A stretch of 64,000 nucleotides of DNA from Sphyrna mokarran (lineage: Eukaryota). Position 1 is the stretch's first letter, and the number at the start of each line of letters is the position of its first letter. Below are positions 11,620 to 22,700 of the stretch, in pieces. The notes under the pieces were generated by a model. That model did no database searches and was not told the DNA's origin. It was given only the letters and a program-made list of their open reading frames with translations. The stretch lies in assembly GCA_024679065.1 (NCBI GenBank), contig JAGIQG010000022.1, positions 35,898,001 through 35,962,000 of the forward strand, written 5' to 3'. Made by a program: the position numbers and the translations under genes.

Positions 11620-13125
11620 AGGTGTGAATTTTCACAATGGTGGAGAGGGTCTCCACCCTATCTAAAACGATACTGAAACTCCAGTACTGAACCCAAAATT
11701 TTCACTGTGATTCATTGCGGCAGTTCACATGTAAAAGCGCAACTACTTTCAAACAGATCTAATTTTTGTCAGTGGGATTTCCAAAAGCATGACTGGTGGG
11801 TTTACACTTTTCAGCAACATGCCTAAACTTCCTAGATTTCCTTGGAAGTACATACCATTTTGAATAGTTTGAGGAAACCCTTTGGGAAACATCAAATGCT
11901 CTCTGGAAGAGATAAAGTGACCATTGGGAGTTCTAAAAGTAGTCATGAATGTATGTAAAATGTGGATTAACTCATTTGAACTGTCAAGGTACTTAAATCT
12001 CCAGGCTTCTCTATTTTTTTAAAAGAAGTCTGAAGTTTAAAAAAATCAGTGCTTATTATTTTATCCCAGCTATTCACACAAGGCTGATGGCTATCATAAT
12101 AGGAGTTTATAACTGCATGACTGATTCCACAACCTATCATTATCACAGTGGGGAGATTGTAAGTTCACAATTTGATTGACAGCTCCAAGCGATGATAAAG
12201 ATTTTGATATGGGACTATGAATACAAACACTTGTTTTTATTAAGTGGTCGAAGAAATTAAAATGTAATTTTTTTGAACAAGAATAACTTTTTAAGTAGCA
12301 AAGTCTTCAATAAGCATTTAAAATTTTATTTTATTTCATCTCACCATGGCTGCTGAGGTTTGTCTGTGATGGATACTGGGCCAGTTGGCATGGAATATAA
12401 AAGAACAATGACAATGTGTGTTGGACCAGGTTGGTATGACTCGGCACTAAGTTGGCATAGAGACTATAGAAGGCCATAAGGGATGGGTAGAGTGCCTTGG
12501 GCTGGCATAGCTGGGCGTGGCCATGGGAGATGTGTGGGGTGTATATGATAAAGAGTAGGGATTAGATGGGGAGGTGATGAGGTATGAGAGTTGAAGGCTA
12601 AAGGGATGCTTTGTGTTTTATTGGTTTTCATGGTGGCTCAGCTTGCTGCCTCACAGTACCATGGACTTGAGTTCCGTTCCAGCCTTGGTGACTCTGGGGA
12701 GTCCGCACATTTTCCAGGTGCTCTGGTTTCCTCCCACAGTCCAATGATGTGCAGGTTAGGTACATTGGCAATGCTAAATTGCCCCTTAATGTCCCAAACA
12801 TGTAGGTTAGATGGATCAGTTGTGGTAAATGTGTGGATTACAGAAATAGAGTGGAGGAGAAGGCCGGGGTAAAATACTCATGTCAGAGAGTTAATGCAGA
12901 CTCAGTGGGCCGATTGGCCTCCTTCTGTACTGGTAATGGTATCAGAACCGAGGCAGGCCTTTCAGACAGCCTGACCCTGGAACCGGCAGCCTCCTCCTTG
13001 TCCCAGAGGCCAGCAACCATCCCTCCTGGAACACAAATTTACCCAACTGGGCCACTTTCTCCCAAGTTGCGGTTAGTATTTGCCTGGCTTTGCTCTCCAG
13101 GCTCAGGAGGAAAGATCTGGGTCTG
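11620..13125. mobile_element. Probable old non-autonomous DNA element (Harbinger-like ends)
   Basis: Ends GGTGTGAATTTTCAC...GGAAAGATCTGGGTC resemble the GGGC.GAATTTT termini of other elements here. Contains a nested V-SINE. Confidence 0.35.
12630..12935 (+). mobile_element. HE1-like V-SINE, tail type A (CR1-type)
   Basis: V-domain plus tail GCAGACTCAGTGGGCCGATTGGCCTCCTTCTGTACTG. Confidence 0.8.
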
Positions 13126-14217
13126 AGATTAATAAAAAACTGTGGAAAATAAAATACAGGATTCTCCTTATTTTGTCATAGTATCATTGTACGGCGGTGA
13201 CTATGAAGTATAAGCTATATCCTAGTCCTAAGAATCAAATAGAACTTCCAGTTACAAGTGTTATACCCAGACAGAGAAAAAGGTTGTGAATTTTCCAACA
13301 TTTCAACCAGTGATGATAGTTTTTATGAAAAATGCACAATCTGACCTTTAGAATAATAAAAAACACGTGTGTACTGTGCTGGTAAATCCTGGCATTTCTC
13401 TTCCTTGTTCCACTGCACAATGAGGATGTAAAGCCTGATGCCAGTATGGGGGTTTCAAGAAAGCAAGGCCTTTGTTAACACTATCTGCTCAACTCAGTAG
13501 ATGCTGGAGGCGACACTTTCATTGTCCTCTCCATCTTGTGCTGTTTGTAAAGAGGAAAGCGTGAAGCGGCACTCAGAAATCACATAGCCAGACGGGCTGC
13601 AAAGGGAAAATAATAAAGAAGAGAAATAAGCAGCAAGAGAATGAAATATTGAGAAAATGTACGTAAAAGTTGCAAGCTCATTTAGTGTAGCCTAGGGCAG
13701 GCTTGGCTTGCTGTTATTGACCATGTTTACATTTAAATTGAAGTTTCACATAACCTCTCACCACTGAGAGGCTGGGATGTAGGATTTCTTCAATCTTGGG
13801 GGGTTTAATAACCATTTCTGCCCTCAGAGTAACCGACTTGGAGAGCCAAATTTGCCTTTGGGAAATAGTGAGTGGTCTGAAGGGACAACTGCTGATGTAT
13901 TATGACACGAGATAAATGGCATCTAACAAGGGTAGGATTTGGAGCAGAAGGTAAATATCTGTGGAGAGATTGTCAAAAATACAGGCCCAGTTAAAGGTCA
14001 ACAGCACAGCGCAATATGGTCAATGACCCTTTTGAGGCCACTCTGCCCCACAGAGCTGGCCTGATAATTGTTCACTGACCCCACATCAGAGAAATCTAAA
14101 CAGAGCTTCCACTCACTTATTCTCTCAGTTCAAAGAGTTGCAGGCAATTTCCGTTCCTTGACTGGTTGTAACACTCACTCTTACTGTGACATTAGATAGT
14201 ATTGTGGGTTTTATGGT

Positions 14218-14530
14218 TAGAATCACAGAGCCCCTACAGTGCAGAAACAAACCATTCAGCCCATCAAACCTACATTGACAACAATCCCATCCAGCCTCCA
14301 GCCACATGACCCCACACATTTACCCTGCTAATCTCCCTGACACTAAGCATGGCCAATCAATCTAACCAGCACATCTTTGAACTGTGGGGGGAAACCGGAG
14401 CACCCGGAGGAAACCCATGTAAATATGGGGAGAATGTGCAAACTCCACATAGATAGTGACTCTAGGCTGGAATCAAACCTAGGCCTCTGGCGCTGTGAGA
14501 AAGCAGTACTAACCATTGTGCTACTATGTT
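14218..14530 (-). mobile_element. HE1-like V-SINE, tail type A
   Basis: Antisense TAGAATCACAGAGCCCCTACAGTGCAGAA...GGAAACCGGAGCACCCGGAGGAAACCCA...GCAGTACTAACCA. Confidence 0.85.
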
Positions 14531-15019
14531 GTCTTTAGGTACTGGGTGTATTATCTGAAATGTCATTTGAAGAAATTATTTTTGTCTTTTCCAGAACCAT
14601 TCTTAATATTTTATACTTGTTATATATTGATAACAGGCATACATACCGACTGTTCTTATATTAATCCCAAGTACAGTATGTACTGATTGCATACATATAG
14701 CTGTTTAATGCACAAAAGTGATAATGTTGTGAGAATTAAACGAGAGGGTTAATCAACAACCTATTTTGCATCTTTCATGATTTTTCTTTCCACTGAAGTC
14801 CATGGATATGAAAATCAGGGAATTAGCAGAGTTCAGGGGGCAGTAACTTTACCCAGTAAACATTCAGGGTATCAACATAGGACCAGGGTTCTAAACGAAT
14901 AAATTATTCCTTCCCAATTCTAAATGGCTGTTCCCTTATCCTGAGATAATGTTCCCTCATTCTAGACTCTCCAACCAGAGAAACCAGTATCTACCCAGTT
15001 AAACCATCCAAAATACTTA

Positions 15020-15195
15020 ATTATTTTTATTTGTTTGTGGGACCTGGGTATCACTGTCTGGACAGCATTAATTGCCCATCCCTAGTTGCCCTTGAGAAGG
15101 TGGTGATGAGCTGCCTCCTTGAATCACTGCAGTCCATGTTCTGTGGGTTGATCCACAATTCTGTTAGGGAGAGAATTCTAGGATTTTGACCCAGT
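15020..15195 (-). mobile_element. CR1-clade LINE 3' end, sharing its tail with SINE family 2
   Basis: ATTGCCCATCCCTAGTTGCCCTTGAGAAGGTGGTGATGAGCTGCCTCCTTGAA...GGATTTTGACCCAG. Similar fragment at 52575-52930. Confidence 0.65.
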
Positions 15196-15857
15196 GAAAT
15201 ATTTGATTGAGATCATCTCTCATTTTTTATAAACGTGATGATACCACAGCAAGCGGTATACTAATGAGGTCCAACCATTAAACTCAACTGAACATGTGAA
15301 CATACAAATTATGAGCAGGAGGAGGCCATTCAGCCCCTACTGTAGAGGGGCCTAGGATTGGGGAAGTGCTGACTTTGATTGGTGTGGGGAGGGGAGATCC
15401 TGAGACCTCTGCAGTGGGCTAGGAGGGAGATTTATACATCTTCTAATTGGGGTATCCTGATCACAGTGCATCTGGGTGTGTCCACCACCTCACTGCCCCC
15501 CCCACTGTCCCCTGCACTTTGACAGTGGGAAACATGCCCCTTCAATTCTTTTCGTCAATGTGTTGTAATTAGTGTATTTTCTTGCCAGAAACAACACTGA
15601 TGTTTTTTTGATAAGATTCTCCCCTTTAGATCCTCCTCACAATTTCTCTTCCTCCCTGAATTATTGTCTTCAGCAAATTTAGTGACTATATATTGAAGTC
15701 ATTCATAGAGACTGTGAATAGCTGAGGCTTGAGCATTGCCCAGAAAGAAAAAAAATAGTAAAACCACAGGAATCAGAATATCAGTCTGAAGTAGTCTTGT
15801 AAACTTTAAAATGGAACACCAGATAAAAACAGACCTGTACAGATCTCCATAATTTTG

Positions 15858-16020
15858 TCTTTTAAAAAGCTTTTAGACAGTTACATGGGTAAGAAGGATA
15901 TAGAGGGAAATGGACCAAACATGGGCAATTGAGACTAGCTTGGGTGTTTAAAAAAAAGGAGTGTCATGGGCAAGGTGGGCCAAAGGGCTGTTTCCCTGCT
16001 ATAAACCACGATGGCTCTAG
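15858..16020 (+). mobile_element. CR1 LINE extreme 3' end
   Basis: TTTAAAAAGCTTTTAGACAGTTACATGG...GGGCCAAAGGGCTGTTTCC. Confidence 0.7.
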
Positions 16021-16299
16021 GTCTGACTATTTTTTTTCCTCTTGCTTCATCCCTCCAGTGCCCTTCCAAACCAACTTGCCACTTCCAGATGAGCCAGTGT
16101 TCATATCGTTGAGTTGCTATACAGGACTGAAAATCAGGACTTCAGTTTCCTGATTGCTTTAATCCATTAGTTACCACTGATGTGAAAAGCTGACTTGCGT
16201 GGAAGTTTGCGTTCTCATCTGAAGTTTACTATTCCCAGCAATCAGGACTCCAGCTAACTTTACTCCTGCTTCCTCACCTTGAGGTTACTTGTTTTTAAA

Positions 16300-16576
16300 A
16301 TTGATTATTACTGTCACAAGTACGCTTATATTAATGCTGCAATGAAGCTACTATGAAAATCCTCTTGTCGTCACACTCCGGCGCCCGTTCGGATGCATGA
16401 AGGAGAATTTAGCATGGCCGGTGCACCGAACCAGCACGACTTCCAGACTATGAGAATAAACCAGAGTGTCTGCAGACATGGGGAAGATGTGCAGACGCTG
16501 CAGACAGTGACCCAAAACCGGAATTGAACCTGGATCCCTGACACTGGGAGACAACAATGCTAACCACTGTGCCGCC
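16300..16576 (-). mobile_element. HE1-like V-SINE, tail type B
   Basis: Antisense tail TTATTACTGTCACAAGTACGCTTATATTAATGCTGCAATGAAG and head GCTAACCACTGTGCCGCC. Confidence 0.85.
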
Positions 16577-17310
16577 AGTCATATAGCAATGGAAACTGGA
16601 TTTGCCTTTCTAATGTGTTTGGGCCAACAGTGTATGAGGCAGGGTTCCTATTCTAGGCCATCGGGAAAATGAAAGGAATTGCAGTTGCTGAGTTCCATTC
16701 ACACAGTGGATGAGGTGAGACTACAATTTCTCAGCAGTTAGCAGCTAGTGTCACCAAGAAAAACCTTTATCTGTTCATGGAACTGCTCAATATAGGATTC
16801 ATTTGCTCTCGATTCCTCACACTGTTTAGAGTTTCATGCTTCAAATTTCTATCAACAGATAGTAAGCAGCCACCTGAATTTCTAATGGCCATTAATCAGG
16901 AGCTCCACTTCCCTACATTGTGCTTGCTGCCAAGTTTGAAACTGGTTACAAAAATCAGAAAATAAGCCTTCGGAAGGCCATTATAGGTGTGCAGGGAATT
17001 GTCAGAGGATTGTTAAAAGCCAATCCACAGAGGGGAAAAAACAACGTGAATAGTCTTGATGCCTATTAGCAATGAATCGAGCTGTCTCTGAACTGAACTG
17101 TTTAGTACCAGTCTCTGGAGGATATACAGCTTCAGCATTGTTCTACTCGGTGTTATGCACTGATTCAGCTACATCATGGATGTCCACAGAAAAACAATAT
17201 TCCTTTTTCCTGTTTCTATATAATAAAAGGAAATGTGCATCAGTGACAGATAGCTATACCCTAGCTTTACACTCAAGCTGGTTGGGTTTTATCTTCACAA
17301 CATTTCAATA

Positions 17311-17620
17311 GGGGAGGCAATAGTGCAATGGTAATGCTACCAAACTAATAATCCAGAGGCTCAGGCTCCTGGTCCAGGGACATGGGTTCAAATCACAACC
17401 CTGCAGCAAGTGGAATATTTATTGAATGAATAAATTACTTTCAGTAATGGTGACCAGGAGCCTATATCGATTGTCATAAAAACCTATCTGGTTCACTGAT
17501 GTCTTTTAGGGAGGAACATTCATCATCCTTATCCAGTCTGGTCTACATGTGACTTCAGGCACATAGTAATTCAGTTAATTCTTAAATTTCCTTTGAAATG
17601 GCTTAGCAAACCACTGCATT
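17311..17620 (+). mobile_element. tRNA-SINE family 2
   Basis: GGGGAGGCAATAGTGCAATGGT (A box), GGGTTCAAATC (B box), then ATCTGGTTCACTGATGTC. Confidence 0.8.
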
Positions 17621-17689
17621 TCATAGTGTTTGCTGAGGGAGTCCAGCATTGTCAGGGACCGTATCAGCAGCTCTGCCATGGGTGGGCAG

Positions 17690-17960
17690 AGCTCACTGCT
17701 CTATCAGAGGGGCAGTACTGGGGATGCCACTGGTTGATTAGAGGGGGCAATACTGGAGGGGCATAGGGGCAGTTGTCACTGATCTATCAGACAGGTAGTG
17801 CAATGCTGCACTGTCAGCAGATGAGGCGTTAAGACAGAGCACCATTTGCCTTCTCAAGCAATTAAAAGATCCCACCATTATTATTATGAAGATGAACAGT
17901 GCAGTTCTCTCTCCAGAGTCTCAGGGGCAATGTTCATCCCTCCACCAACTCACATCCCAT
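17690..17960 (+). mobile_element. Deu-domain SINE remnant (SacSINE1/AmnSINE1-like)
   Basis: TGCTGCACTGTCAG...GATGAGGCGTTAA...TAAAAGATCCCA...TTCATCCCTCCACCAAC, matching the recalled Deu-domain hallmark. Preceded by degenerate TCAGAGGGGCAGTACTG units. Confidence 0.6.
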
Positions 17961-18390
17961 GAAAGAATTTAAGTCCCTCAGACCTTTGGGCTAAATCCAG
18001 TCAGCGCACCCTGCCATGTTAGATAGCAATTGAAAGCTGAGGTAATTCGAATAAAATTATGGGGTGGGGGGAGGTCACGTTCTGCAACCTGTTGAATTCA
18101 AATTGACTTCCAATAATAATGCAGGCAAAATTATACTTTGCAGAAGACTTAATAATCAAACTGGAAAAAATTTGGGAAGGCTTTGATTAGCTCTCCTCAA
18201 GCTGAAATTATGGATTTGTAGCTGATGCAGGGAAGATCAATAGCCCTGATGGAATGAAGAGGATTACAGTTTGTAATAGTGACTTGTTGCAAAGGCTGGA
18301 GGTGGCACCTCTTTCTATTATCACAAAGGAGAAACACTGGAAATTAATTGGTTTGGGTTTGAGAGAGTGATGAGGAATTGGGAAAGTTTT

Positions 18391-19522
18391 AACATAGAAC
18401 ATTACAGCGCAGTACAGCCCCTTCGGCCCTCGATGTTGCGCCGGCCAGTGGACCCTCTAACCTAAACTATTCCAATATCATCCATATGCCTATCCACCGA
18501 ACATTTGAATGCCCCCAAAGTAGGCGAGTCCACAACTGCTGCAGGCAGGGCATTCCACGCCCTCACCACCCTCTGTGTAAAGAACCTGCCTCTGACATCC
18601 GTTCTATAACTACCACCTCTTAATTTAAAGTTATGTCCCCTCGTGTTGGTCATCACCATCCGAGGAAAAAGGCTCTCACTATCCACCCTATCCAGTCCTT
18701 TGATCATCTTATACGCCTCAATTAGGTCACCGCGTAACCTTCTTCTCTCTAATGAAAATAACCTCAGGTCCCTCAGCCTTTCCTCATAAGGCCTTCCCAC
18801 CATACCAGGCAACATCCTGGTAAACCTCCTCTGCACCCTTTCCAATGCTTCCACATCTTTCTTATAATGCGGCGACCAGAACTGTACGCAATACTCCAAG
18901 TGCGGCCGCACCAGAGTTTTGTACAGTTGTAACATAACCTCACGGCTCCTAAATTCAATCCCTCTACCAATAAAAGCTAACACACCGTACGCCTTCTTAA
19001 CAACTTTATCAACCTGGGTGCCAACTTTCAAAGAGCTATGTATTTGTACCCCAAGATCCCTCTGCTCGACAACACTATTAAGGGTCCTTCCATTAGCCCT
19101 ATATTTCATATGCCTGTTATTCCTACCAAAGTGAATCACCTCACATTTATCCGTATTGAATTCCATTTGCCACCTCACGGCCCAGCTCTGCAACCTATCT
19201 ATGTCCCTCTGCAAACTGTAACATCCATCCTCGCTGTCTACAACTCCCCCCACTTTGGTATCGTCAGCAAATTTACTAATCCAACCCTCTACACCCTCAT
19301 CTAGGTCATTTATAAAAATGACAAACAGCAGTGGCCCTAAAACAGATCCTTGAGGTACACCACTTGTAACTGCACTCCAGGTTGAATATTTCCCATCAAC
19401 CACCACCCTCTGTCTTCTATCAGCTAGCCAATTCCTAATCCAAACTGCTAAATCACCTTCAATCCCATGCATCTGCACTTTCTGCAGTAGCCTACCACAG
19501 GGAACCTTAACAAACGCTTTGC
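18391..19522 (-). mobile_element. Young 5'-truncated CR1 LINE
   Basis: 3' tail (GTTCTAT)n seen as AACATAGAAC, 3'UTR hairpin GGGCCGAAGGGCTG, intact ORF2 end. Confidence 0.95.
18462..19478 (-). CDS. CR1 ORF2 reverse transcriptase C-terminal part (338 aa uninterrupted, 5' truncated)
   Basis: [49 protein letters not shown]. Confidence 0.9.
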   Translation of the reverse strand: MQMHGIEGDLAVWIRNWLADRRQRVVVDGKYSTWSAVTSGVPQGSVLGPLLFVIFINDLDEGVEGWISKFADDTKVGGVVDSEDGCYSLQRDIDRLQSWAVRWQMEFNTDKCEVIHFGRNNRHMKYRANGRTLNSVVEQRDLGVQIHSSLKVGTQVDKVVKKAYGVLAFIGRGIEFRSREVMLQLYKTLVRPHLEYCVQFWSPHYKKDVEALERVQRRFTRMLPGMVGRPYEERLRDLRLFSLERRRLRGDLIEAYKMIKGLDRVDSESLFPRMVMTNTRGHNFKLRGGSYRTDVRGRFFTQRVVRAWNALPAAVVDSPTLGAFKCSVDRHMDDIGIV

Positions 19523-20337
19523 TTTTTGCATCATCCAGGAGTTAAGGAGGTGTGCAAGGAAACTACAGCATTAATAGAAATAAACAGACAAATAATTCAG
19601 ACTTGGGAAAATAAATTGGGGTGGATTCTCTGGCTGATCTGGTTGGAGGCATAATGAAAAGATTGTCAACACCAGGAGCATTCTAGAATAAAGTCAGAAT
19701 CGAATAATTTAAGCAAATCCTGAAAATAATCTAACATCTAAGCCTGTGTGATCCCATTTTTCTCACCATTCTGCCTCATAGTTTGACATTGGATTCGGAC
19801 AAGGGCCAAAGAAGTTCTGAAGCATGCAGATCTGTGGTAAAAATGTCATGTATGTTTATTCTTTATACTAAGACAATAAAATGTTTGATGTAATGATGGC
19901 AAATGCAGGAGACTTTGGGAGGGGGTCTCTCCCCCTGCCGGGGTCTCAGACTTGTTGTCAATATATGCCAGTCCTAGTCACATGATCTGGGTTTCACACC
20001 ATTTTTCCCCATGCTCAGGCGTGCTGGGCCTAAAGATTGTAAACTAACTGCATGCGATTGGTTTGCTCCTGTTCTGAACACACACTAAAGCTCCAAGCTT
20101 GATTAAACTTTGTTTCCAAACTGTGCTCTGAACTCCAAGGTAAATTGAGTTTCATCACTGGTCAAAGTGTAATGTAACCACCGTTATACAAGACTGGGAA
20201 GAACACTTCTCTATGATCCTCCTGGATTCACCTGGGAGGAATGGGAATTCCATGTCTACACAAAGATCAGGCACACAGGTTCAGAGATAGAGATTAACAT
20301 ACAAAGAATTTTTTTATATCTAGATGGGTCACTGAAG

Positions 20338-20620
20338 AGGCAGTATGGTGGGATAGTGGTTAGCATTGCTGTGTCACAGTGTCGGGGGCTCGAGTTCAAT
20401 TCCCAGCTTGGGTCACTGTTTGTGCGGCGTCTGCACATTCTCCCCATATCTGCATGGGTTTCCTCTGGGTGCTCCGATTTCCTCCCGCAGTCTGAAAGAC
20501 ATGCTAAATTTTCCTCAGTGTACCCAAACTGTATGGTGACTAAGCTATTTTTCACAGTAACTTCATCGCAGTGTTAATGTAAGCCTACTTGAGGCACTAA
20601 TAAATAAAGTTTAAACTTTA
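20338..20620 (+). mobile_element. HE1-like V-SINE, tail type B
   Basis: tRNA head, V-domain, and tail TTTTCACAGTAACTTCATCGCAGTGTTAATGTAAGCCTACTTGAGGCACTAATAAATAAA. Confidence 0.85.
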
Positions 20621-20962
20621 ATTCATTCACAAATCCACTGTGACACAGATGACGCAGGCTCCAGGTAACTCTACCTTTTTACTGGTTCTCGTCCAGCTGT
20701 GGAAGAACCAGTGCAGGGTTGCCCAGGGCCAGGAGGTGCAATGATCTGAGTAGCAAGTGATTGCAGGGTCTCTGGACAATCAGGTGAGCAGTTACAGAAA
20801 GCAACAGCTTGAACTGGAATATGTAACAGGCAATGCATCCATCTGTAGTAAAATGAGGTGACACAGGATGATACCAGCTTCTTCATGAAAACCTGCAACA
20901 AAGCAGAAGTCACTCATTTTCACTCTTGCCACACACTTTAGACTCCAGAATGGAAGCTGCCA

Positions 20963-21215
20963 TTGGTAGCTTGGCCCCTTTTAAGGGGTGATCCCTGAGG
21001 ACTGCGTGATTGGACTGGATCCTATGGAGTGTCATGGTGGGAAGCCAGGCCAATCGGGTGCAAGGGTATGTATCTGGGGTGAGGAAGGATCTTCAGTTGC
21101 AGCCACCGAGGAGTGGAGAGTACTCACATATTTAGTTTTGTCAGATCTTTGTTTGTAAATAACTTTATCATTGTTCATTCTTTGAGTCTCATCAAGTTGC
21201 CCTTAATTGATTACA
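20963..21215 (+). mobile_element. Solo LTR, paralogue of 4367-4630
   Basis: TGGTAGCTTGGCCCCTTTTAAGGGG...GGGAAGCCAGGCCAATCGGGTGCAAGGGTATGTATC...TTGATTACA aligns by eye to the first LTR. Confidence 0.6.
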
Positions 21216-21289
21216 ATATCGTTCCCAGATCCCAGCAGCAATGTCCTGGGACTGACACCATAACCCTTTACAAACCATAACCCTCTTTC

Positions 21290-22700
21290 TATGCATGAGG
21301 AATGATTCTAACATGTGGAGAGTTTTGTCCCTGTGTCCCATTCATTGGATGCTTTGATCCTACACTTGGTTAAATGTGGCCTTGATATCGAAGGCATTCA
21401 CTCTCACTCGCTCAGTTTTTTATCTATATTTGAGAAGCCTACCATGAGATTTGACATTGAGTGATTAAACTTAAACCAAACATTGGTGAGCAGCTTATTG
21501 CGCTATAAGTGCTCCTTGACAGCACTGTCCTTGGCACTTTCCATCACGTTGCTGGTGATTGAGATTAGATTGGTCAGGCAATAATTGGCCGGGTTGGGTT
21601 TGTCCTACTTTCTGTGTACAGGACATACCTGAGCAATTTCTCACATTGCTGGGTAGATGCCAGTGTTGTAGCTGCACTGGGAAAGCTTGACTAAAGACAT
21701 GGCGAGTTCCTAAGTACAAGTCTTCAATATTAACATCCACCACCATTCCCAGGATGTGCCACAAAGACGATAGAGCTTTGATCTGATGTGTTGGTTGTGA
21801 GATTGTTTTACTTTATCACTTGCTGCTTCCACTGTTTAACCTGCATATAAATCTAACAGCTTCATCAAGTTGGCTCCTGGTTTTCACGTATGCCTGGTGC
21901 TGCTCCTGGAGTGTTCAGCTGCAGTCCTCAGAGAAGCAATTTTGCTCCCTCAGCTTGATGGTAATGGTAAGATAGGGGATGTACTGGGCCATGAGGGTAC
22001 AGATTGGAGTTGAATACAATTCTGCTGCTGATGATCTGCAGTGCCTAATGGATGTCCAGTTTTAAGCCACTAGACTTTGTTCTGAATCTATCGCATTTAG
22101 CACATCGGTGAGCAATACCCTGAGTATGAAGATGGGACTTTGGCTTCATAAGGACTATGTGATGCCCACTCCTACCACTATTGTTACAACAGATCTATCT
22201 TTGACAGACAGATCACTGAAGATGAGATCAAGTAGGTTTTTCCCTCATTGGTTTCCTCATCATCGGCTGCAGACCCAGTCTGGCAGCTAATCCTTTAGCG
22301 CTCAGGTCAGCAACAGTACTACTGAGCCACTCCTGGTGATGAACATTTAAGTCATCTGTACCCTTGCCACCCTTAGTATTTCTTCCAGGAAACATCCATC
22401 GTGGAGTGTTCCTGATTCACAGTTGAGGGAGAGCAGTAGGTTTTTTTGTCCATGCTGAACCTTGTACCATGAGACTTCATGCAATTTAGATTAAATGTTG
22501 AAAATTCCCATGGCCACTCACCACTGTGCTGTCATCTCTGGTGAATCTGTTCTCTCAGTGGGACAGTTTGTACCCAGGGAGAAGTCTTGAATACCAGTTG
22601 CAAACTATGATTTGGTGATGATGACTATGTCAAACTGTTGCATGAACAGTCTGTGGGACCACTCTGCCAATTTAGGCATAAGCCCCCAGGCATTCACGAG
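21290..22700 (-). mobile_element. Old CR1-clade LINE ORF2 remnant (endonuclease to RT N-terminal)
   Basis: Minus strand reads KLSQCSYNTGIYPAM-EIAQVCPVHRK-DKPNPANYCLTNLISI. A GDLNVHHQEWL endonuclease motif lies near 22330. Confidence 0.75.

Noticed and set aside
20671-20913. Minus-strand ORF with acceptor TTTGTTGCAG and donor AAG|GTAGAG
   Set aside because: The peptide is unrecognisable, the donor is weak, and it is wedged between a SINE and an LTR. Support is insufficient.
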